Of a stretch of 64,000 bases of DNA, positions 57,142 to 64,000 are shown in pieces. Made by a program: the position numbers and the translations under genes. Location of the stretch: contig CAXXHB010000003.1 of the NCBI GenBank assembly GCA_963664815.2, positions 3,232,001 to 3,296,000 of the forward strand, in the 5' to 3' direction. Origin of the DNA: Spirochaetota bacterium. Its GTDB lineage: Bacteria > Spirochaetota > UBA4802 > UBA5550. The notes beneath the pieces are model-generated. The model worked only from the letters and a program-made list of their open reading frames with translations, had not been told where the DNA came from and made no database searches. The stretch's first letter is position 1; each line of letters begins with the position of its first letter.

Positions 57142-59346
57142 TTATTTTTTATCAATGCCCTCTTCCTCATCCCGTATAAGCGCAACCTGATCTATGGAAT
57201 TTTTCCCGAGCAGACTTGTTGATGCTGAAACCTCTTCACCCTGCGCAGCCAGCTCTTCCATGGTTGAAGCTATGCTCTGTGCAAGATGATTGATCTTTGA
57301 GGTGTTGGCTTCAACTGTTTCAATCAGGTTTGAAAAATCCGCGTTGATCTCCTGAATTGCTTCCGACAGTTCAATTCCTGATTCTTCATGACTTACAAGG
57401 TTCTGGGAATTCCTGCCGTATATTTCGATGATCTGCTCATTGATTTTACTGATCGGCACTTTAAGGTTCCGGAGATAGCCCTGCGTCAGGTCGGCCAGCT
57501 TCCCAATCTCGTCAGCAACAACTGCAAACCCGCGCCCGGCTTCCCCGGCGCGGGCAGCTTCGATAGCAGCATTGAGACTCAGAAGATTAGTCTTGTCACT
57601 GATATCCTCCAGAGTAACAATAAACTCTTCCAGTATGCGGGTCTCATTTGTCAGCACCTTAAAATGTTCGTTGGTATCCTTTAATTCACCACTGACCTTG
57701 TTTATTCTGCCAATCTGCTTATTTATGATTTTCTCCTGAAGCACCCTGCTCTCTTTCAGCTTTTTAATCTCCCTGTAATTATCTTCCATATACATACTCA
57801 AATCAGTTACCTCAGCCGTTGTATCCTGTATGCCTCTGGAATATTGATCCATTGAGGAATTGATCTCCTCCAGCGCGGTAGTCTGGTCGGTCTGAAATGT
57901 TTTAATTTTCTCGAATAACTCTTTAATTCTCTCTTCGCGTTCTTCTACATATTTTTTCTCGTCAAGCAGGCTTTTCTGGATCTTTTCCCCCGCAGACTCC
58001 CTCGCGCCAATTGCCATTTCCATATCCGCATCATTTCTGCGCTTTTCATCTGCTTTAAAATCCAGACGAATAGATATCCACACAAGAAATGTTACAGGCG
58101 CAACAGCGAGTAATGAGTATCTTCCAAATACAGCAGCTGTCATCCCAAAATAGATAAAAGTCCCCGCAGCCGCGAGAGACGCTGTTCCGGATCTTTTTTT
58201 AAGAAAATATTTTACAAGGTCTCCTTTAGTTAAAGTTTCAGCAGTTTTACCTATCTGCTTTGCCACGTCCCTGTAATAAAAATTTTCAAGCGGTGACCAG
58301 ACATATTTTTCACGGTCATGAGCAAGCTCAATCCTTACCCTGCTGGAGTTTATTTCAACTTCATGCCCCATAAAATCGATTACTGCGCTTTTAGTGTAAC
58401 TTATACTTTCACCTTTCTTATCTTTACAGATCTCGTTACTGTCTTTATATTTATAAAAACCATCATTATCAAGGTAAACATTATCATTGATCTGATTAAG
58501 AGTGACCGGCAGTTTCGCAAGAAACACCACGGGGTTTAAATTCTTGTTGGCGATATAACCTTTTACAACGCCCATCACAAATGCCGGTGTAAATATATGA
58601 AGAATATTTTTACCATAAACGGTTTTTATACGCGGATAATATGTTTTACCTTCTATTGTTAGCTGTTCAGGAACATCCAGGAATGAATATTCCTCCTCGG
58701 AAGGGGAATATTCAAACTCAATAAATCCGCGTTGCCTCTCCTCCAATGGCTTAGTATAATAATCAGAATTATCATAGGTTATCATTGTTGTGCTTTGTTT
58801 TGATGTCACACCTGCATTTCGAATTAGTGTTGTTACTGGTATTCTGCAGATCTCCCTGTACTGCTTTTTATTGACTTTTGATGTTGATGCAGCCATGGCA
58901 AGATTAATATACATATTTATCCGCTCTTCGTGAGGAGCCTTGCTGAAAATACGCGCCAGTCTGAAATATACTGCGGACTGCAATAAATAAGAACACATAC
59001 CTGCAGGATTTGAAGTTACTTCAGAAAAATATTTTGTAGGGTTATATTTCCCGGGGATTTGAGAGTCTTTCTCCGTAAATCCGATTTCATAAAGCATTTT
59101 ATTCAATTCAACTATATGTAATGTTCCTTTTAAAAAACCTATCGCAGCAAGTATATACTTATAGGAGGTCTGAGGTTTTACCAGTTCTTTATCCAATCCG
59201 TTTTTTCTGATTTTTTCATCCAGAATGCCTATGATACGTTCGTATTTCTGTTCGGCAGTTCTTATCATTGCTGATTTTTGGCGGGTTTTTATATAATCTG
59301 AAACTTGTCTGGAAACATCACCGGATTCGATATCTTTTTTATTCAT
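57142..59346 (-). CDS. MCP-signalling-domain protein with a large unrecognised N-terminal domain
   Basis: [30 protein letters not shown]; TM hairpin mid-protein; start ATG 59346 with RBS GAGGGGAG. Confidence 0.88.
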   Translation of the reverse strand: MNKKDIESGDVSRQVSDYIKTRQKSAMIRTAEQKYERIIGILDEKIRKNGLDKELVKPQTSYKYILAAIGFLKGTLHIVELNKMLYEIGFTEKDSQIPGKYNPTKYFSEVTSNPAGMCSYLLQSAVYFRLARIFSKAPHEERINMYINLAMAASTSKVNKKQYREICRIPVTTLIRNAGVTSKQSTTMITYDNSDYYTKPLEERQRGFIEFEYSPSEEEYSFLDVPEQLTIEGKTYYPRIKTVYGKNILHIFTPAFVMGVVKGYIANKNLNPVVFLAKLPVTLNQINDNVYLDNDGFYKYKDSNEICKDKKGESISYTKSAVIDFMGHEVEINSSRVRIELAHDREKYVWSPLENFYYRDVAKQIGKTAETLTKGDLVKYFLKKRSGTASLAAAGTFIYFGMTAAVFGRYSLLAVAPVTFLVWISIRLDFKADEKRRNDADMEMAIGARESAGEKIQKSLLDEKKYVEEREERIKELFEKIKTFQTDQTTALEEINSSMDQYSRGIQDTTAEVTDLSMYMEDNYREIKKLKESRVLQEKIINKQIGRINKVSGELKDTNEHFKVLTNETRILEEFIVTLEDISDKTNLLSLNAAIEAARAGEAGRGFAVVADEIGKLADLTQGYLRNLKVPISKINEQIIEIYGRNSQNLVSHEESGIELSEAIQEINADFSNLIETVEANTSKINHLAQSIASTMEELAAQGEEVSASTSLLGKNSIDQVALIRDEEEGIDKK

Positions 59347-59582
59347 CTCACTCCCCTCAGAACGTTTATTATTTAAGCTTAATTTATTTAAACGCATAAC
59401 AACATAAAAAAGACACCTGAATGCAGTATTAATACTTTTATCATAAATAATTTTATGCTCAACATGAATATAATCAAAATTTCCTATAACGTCAATGTTT
59501 TGATCTGTTCCGGAAAATTATCCCGTTATTCATACCAAATCTCATTTTTTAAATTTTTTCACCCCGCTCTGGTATAAACATT

Positions 59583-60455
59583 TTATTCTTTCCATCTTAA
59601 TATCTGTATCGGGAGATTATAGTAGTTTGAATTTTCTATTGTGGAGATATGTGCACCGGTTTTAATAGAGTGAATTATCAGGTCATCTTTATCGAGTAAA
59701 CCTTTCTCACCCCGGTCCTCATAAAAGACCGCCACATGAGCTTTAAAAAAGAGAATATCGCCTCTCCTGATATTCTTTAATGTCACCCTCTCCCCTTTTT
59801 TATTATAATATATCCCTTCACTCTGATTATAAAATTCTCCACTGACATTATCAGTGTAATTATAGATCCTTCCAGGGTGAATATATGGAATTTTATAATT
59901 CTGCCGGCGTTTACCATATATAACAAATGAGATACAATCTGAACCAACACCTGCATCGGTCTGATGAATACCTTCAACTTTTTGTGGAATCCATATAAAG
60001 GGAGTATTGAACAGTTCAGTAAGATATCCTGTATACGAGTTATCATTTCTGATAACAACCTGTATTGCTGAATTTAAATATTCATGTAAGAAAAAACGCG
60101 AACTGATATTATTGCAGTTCTTTAACCCTGTAAGAAAAATATGTGTTCCGGTATATTTCTCTTTCAATAATTCACGGAGATTTATTTTTCCTCTTCCGAT
60201 ATTTTCAATAGTGTAATCAATTCTACTTTTCAGGTCTCTTGCATCAAATTTGAAGTTCGAATATTCGGCAAGTACCGGACGGGCAAAGTATATATCGTTA
60301 CTGCTTTCAATTATGAATTCATCGCTGTTTCTGATATAATAACTGCCTCCCGCATTCTTCTCTATATTGCAATAATGCTCTGCTGATTCAGATTGAGAAG
60401 GCAGCAACAAAAGATTAATACTAAAAAGCAAACAGTTCCGTAATGCACGTGTCAC
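59583..60455 (-). CDS. Exported protein with an NlpC/P60-like papain-fold motif set
   Basis: GSDCISFV, RGDILFFKAHVAVF, IIHS. Confidence 0.6.
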   Translation of the reverse strand: MTRALRNCLLFSINLLLLPSQSESAEHYCNIEKNAGGSYYIRNSDEFIIESSNDIYFARPVLAEYSNFKFDARDLKSRIDYTIENIGRGKINLRELLKEKYTGTHIFLTGLKNCNNISSRFFLHEYLNSAIQVVIRNDNSYTGYLTELFNTPFIWIPQKVEGIHQTDAGVGSDCISFVIYGKRRQNYKIPYIHPGRIYNYTDNVSGEFYNQSEGIYYNKKGERVTLKNIRRGDILFFKAHVAVFYEDRGEKGLLDKDDLIIHSIKTGAHISTIENSNYYNLPIQILRWKE

Positions 60456-61752
60456 TGAACACTGTCCCAGGGTATACTTCTTTTATAGTTAACCTGATTT
60501 TAGTTATTTCATATTTGCCTGCAAAATCTTCAGGAGTGACAAGCGGTTCTATTGTATATTTATCTATATCACTTAATTTATCGGGATAATTATTTTCACG
60601 AATATATCCCATATCGAAATCATATAGATTGACATTCTTACTGAATGAAATATTTCTGCTATTGTCATCTTTCATTGTTGCAGAAATATCACATTGTATT
60701 TTTTTTACTCTTGAATTTTTCCTGTATAATTCTCTGTTTTTCATGAAACCATTAGTTATAGCAATTGTTCCGACTGAAGTGCCCTTTCTAAATTCAACTT
60801 CAATCCACTCATCAATCCCGTTGTTATCAACACCTTCGCTCCATGTTGTGGTGTATTTTCCATCGATAAGATTTTCGGGTAAATAATCCCCTTTAAGACA
60901 GCTTGAGGCTGTAATTTTTAGAACCCTGGCAGGTGTGTTTTTTGAAGTTATCTCTTTTTCATTATACCACTGGTATCCTGATGCATTATAATCAATTTCC
61001 AGATCGTGTATTTTTAATAAATCAGCTTTCCCAATCAATGCATAATAACGATTTTCTCCCCCATTTAAACCTTCCATCCCATTTATCTTTACATTATAGA
61101 CTAATGATGTGTCTATGGAAACTTCGAGTTTATCTACAATCCCCTCTCCCCAACCTGCCGCAGGTTTGAAATTATACCTGAAAACTCTTGCCCCATAAGA
61201 GATTTCTTCACTTTTACTCGTGCCTTCATCTTCGAAAGATGACTTTGCAGAGTAATTTATTTCAATAATATTTATCCCTTTTTGCAAGAGTAATTGCGAA
61301 AAATACCATTTCTCTTCATCATATTGGACAGGTTCATTGGATTCATTAAATTTAACGCTTTTCACTTTGTTTATCTTTTCATTTAGTTTAACATTTGAAC
61401 CATTAATCTTCATCGAAAAATATCGGATTAAATTAGCAGAAGAATCTTCAAATGATCTAAAAATATCATATTCAAATTCATTTTTAAACGGAAAACCGTA
61501 TGCTACTGTTTTGTTGTCCTCCCTGCAATTCAATTCATAAACAATATGAACACCGACATAATTACCAACAGGCATAATAAAAAGTTTTTCACTAATCAAA
61601 TCAACATTCCCGGTTTTTTGAAGTTGAATATTACCAGAGGATGCCAGTGTCGAACTGTCAATTGTGCCGCCATTTGAATAAATCGGGGCTAAGTTAAAAA
61701 GTGACGATATAATCAGTAATAAAAAAACTCCGAAACATTTAAATTTACTCAT
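60421..61752 (-). CDS. Exported protein, DUF4424-like N-terminus and discoidin-like (NADase-type glycan-binding) C-terminus
   Basis: NGG after the signal peptide, LISEKLFI; ENLIDGKYTTTWSEG, NSRVKK, VYPG..DTCITEL. Confidence 0.7.
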   Translation of the reverse strand: MSKFKCFGVFLLLIISSLFNLAPIYSNGGTIDSSTLASSGNIQLQKTGNVDLISEKLFIMPVGNYVGVHIVYELNCREDNKTVAYGFPFKNEFEYDIFRSFEDSSANLIRYFSMKINGSNVKLNEKINKVKSVKFNESNEPVQYDEEKWYFSQLLLQKGINIIEINYSAKSSFEDEGTSKSEEISYGARVFRYNFKPAAGWGEGIVDKLEVSIDTSLVYNVKINGMEGLNGGENRYYALIGKADLLKIHDLEIDYNASGYQWYNEKEITSKNTPARVLKITASSCLKGDYLPENLIDGKYTTTWSEGVDNNGIDEWIEVEFRKGTSVGTIAITNGFMKNRELYRKNSRVKKIQCDISATMKDDNSRNISFSKNVNLYDFDMGYIRENNYPDKLSDIDKYTIEPLVTPEDFAGKYEITKIRLTIKEVYPGTVFSDTCITELFAF

Positions 61753-62247
61753 TATAATCTCCATTTCTGCCTCATAGTCTCAGGGACTATCCCCCCTGAC
61801 TCTCAGGGTCTGTTTTATTTGCCCAAATTACATCTATAGAGTTTTAATAAATTAACACACTCTGAATCCGCAGGCACTTTATCATCAGGATCAGAAAAAA
61901 TCAAGCTCAATTCATCTGTTTCTATCTAACTAATTGTTTTTATTTGAAATATTACTATTATTATCATTTTAAGAAATTCATTTTTTATTCTCTTTATATT
62001 TTATTCTGTTCTTCGTGCATTTATCCTCTGTTGACATCCATTCATTCACCTCATGATCGGAAAAACATAGCATACCTGTCCCCACAGTCATTGTAATCCT
62101 GGTAAGAAAAATGTAATACCCGTTACAGCATACATTTTAAAAAGAATGTTTCAGGGGATTACGTGATAATTCGTCATGTTGTAATAAAAGCATTATAGTA
62201 AAAAGATGAGGATAAATTCAGCTGTTGTATTTAAAAAACGCGGGATT

Positions 62248-62670
62248 TTAAAACACATTATTTATCGGTTTGAGTGTCTTCTGCTCAATAAATTTTCCGA
62301 TTTTTTTATCCTGTTCCATAATATGTTTTGTCAGCCAATTATATAGAAAATCGAGGAACTCGTCAGGATTCCCATTTCCTTCCATCATTTTATTTTTAAA
62401 ATCAGCAGCAAGTCCTGTAAGGCGGTCATGTTCATTTTTATGCTGCGGAAAACGAACATATTCAATTTTCTCCATCAGCGCTTCTTCCTCTTTGAAATGA
62501 TACCTGGTGTAATCTATAAGTGCATCTAGTGCACCTGAGAGAGAACTGCCGGCAGACCTGGCCTTAACGAGATCATATAAAGTATTAATAAGGCTGAAAA
62601 GCATTTTATGCTGCTCATCCACTATCTCAATATCAATTGAAAATTTGTCACTCCATGATAAAAAAGGCAT
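62248..62670 (-). CDS. Bacteriohemerythrin
   Basis: WSDKFS, DEQHK, HFKEEE, HKNEH, WLTKHIMEQD. Confidence 0.93.
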   Translation of the reverse strand: MPFLSWSDKFSIDIEIVDEQHKMLFSLINTLYDLVKARSAGSSLSGALDALIDYTRYHFKEEEALMEKIEYVRFPQHKNEHDRLTGLAADFKNKMMEGNGNPDEFLDFLYNWLTKHIMEQDKKIGKFIEQKTLKPINNVF

Positions 62671-62777
62671 TTTTTGACTCTCCATATAACATTATAAAGA
62701 ATTGAACCCTAAGAATTATCCGATCATCAAAAAAACAATATTCATTCGTCAGCCGGAAAAGCCTCATCTCTGCGGCT

Positions 62778-63335
62778 TTATGATTTAAAGACAGGAAGCC
62801 TTGCCAGATACACAATATCTTCCTTGTCATAACCGGCTTCTTCAAGAAGAACCGCTGTTTTACATATCACCTTGCAGCCTACTCTCAGAAGAAGTTTTTC
62901 AAGCGAACTGATTGACCCCCCGGTGGAGACCACATCATCCACAATACAGACATTTCTTCCCTTAATATGTTCCACATCCGTGCCATCAAGAACCAGCAAC
63001 TGCTCCCCGGCAGTAGTAATGGAAGTTACTTTTTCTATAATAGGATTATGCATATAAGACTTGAGTGATTTCCTTGCGACAATGTAATTAACCTGCACCA
63101 GTTTAGCGAGAGCGTGCGTTAGCGGAATCGCCTTCGCTTCGGGGCACACAAGAACATCAATATTGTATTTCGGAAACTCAGGGTGCTCATAAATCGCCTG
63201 TGCCGACTTTTCTATAAGCTCAGTATCTCCAAGCATAACAAAACTTGCAATGGTCAGGTTATCATTTATCTTTATCTTCGGAAGCCGGCGTTTTACACCG
63301 GCTATATTAAGATTGTAATAATTATCCTCATTCAT
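62778..63335 (-). CDS. Type I phosphoribosyltransferase (adenine/purine PRTase-like)
   Basis: PEAKAIPL, VARKS, IVDDVVSTGGS. Confidence 0.9.
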   Translation of the reverse strand: MNEDNYYNLNIAGVKRRLPKIKINDNLTIASFVMLGDTELIEKSAQAIYEHPEFPKYNIDVLVCPEAKAIPLTHALAKLVQVNYIVARKSLKSYMHNPIIEKVTSITTAGEQLLVLDGTDVEHIKGRNVCIVDDVVSTGGSISSLEKLLLRVGCKVICKTAVLLEEAGYDKEDIVYLARLPVFKS

Positions 63336-63345
63336 TTATACCCTC

Positions 63346-64000
63346 TCACATACCGTAAAAGACAACCTTGACTATTATACCGGCAATCATACCGAAAAAT
63401 GGATTGAACCTGGCGGTGATAAGAACAGTCGCTCCGATTATCATCCCCATGGGACCGAATCCGAAAGGTCCGTTGAAAGGGCCGGCCTCTGCGATAGCAC
63501 CTGAAATATTACTCGAAAAGGTAACAAAAGCTCCAAGGACAAAGAGAAATCCTGCAATTGACGATCTGTGCACATACCTTCCGATTACCGGAAGAAGTTT
63601 CATAAATAGTATAACAGCCATGATCCCCATCATAAGAACCGATGCGAGAAGTGGGTGCGGAGCGGTGGCGGTTCCGGAAATTATCGACTCAACAGGTCCA
63701 CCTCCGAGCATGGTCGATCCCATATCAGCAAGACATGAATAAATTGAAAGATGATCTATATTGGTGTTTACACCGGCAATACTACCGGTGATTTTCCCGA
63801 AAGAGATATTTGCGCCTATATTAAGACAGGCAATTGAAAAAGCTCCAAGAACTATATTCCTGTTCGTCCAGAACTTCCACTCTATATTTCCCAGATGAAA
63901 TTTCTCCAGAGAAGCGTCTATGTGAGGTTCATCAACCTTGAGTTTAAGCTTATCTTTAAAAAAAGGAACATATCTGATGGCAATATAAACTGCTGTTGAA
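63346..64000 (-). CDS. NCS2-family nucleobase permease (5' part lies outside the window)
   Basis: Frame stays open upstream of 63723 (LNIGANISFGKITG...GGGPVESIISGT); adjacent to a PRTase. Confidence 0.8.
   Translation of the reverse strand, partial: STAVYIAIRYVPFFKDKLKLKVDEPHIDASLEKFHLGNIEWKFWTNRNIVLGAFSIACLNIGANISFGKITGSIAGVNTNIDHLSIYSCLADMGSTMLGGGPVESIISGTATAPHPLLASVLMMGIMAVILFMKLLPVIGRYVHRSSIAGFLFVLGAFVTFSSNISGAIAEAGPFNGPFGFGPMGMIIGATVLITARFNPFFGMIAGIIVKVVFYGM

Overview
AT-rich bacterial chromosome segment. The 16S signatures and the F-type ATP synthase point to a Spirochaetota organism of the Leptospira-related branch. Most of the window is housekeeping: a purine salvage/ABC cluster, yggS-proC, a complete atp operon, recA-map-folE2, a 16S-tRNAIle-tRNAAla-23S operon with no linked 5S, hom-thrC and two chemoreceptors. 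I found no CRISPR array, prophage or intact IS. The best leads are: (1) a hypothetical protein (43001-43858) whose C-terminus follows the motif series of eukaryotic PHPT1/Janus-Ocnus phosphohistidine phosphatases, divergent from a REC-HATPase protein that lacks a phospho-acceptor His; (2) a ~165-nt rod-like candidate ncRNA built from 11-bp repeats, back-to-back with the rrn promoters; (3) a QueH-Smr fusion; (4) an operon of an acidic scaffold-like protein, a GAF/degenerate-GGDEF protein and an FGE-fold protein; (5) a perfect 21-bp palindrome over the xpt promoter; (6) unusual chemoreceptors, a 2B-less UvrD, a probable AUU start codon and three small genes missed by the ORF track. All family calls come from motif recognition by eye; no searches were run.
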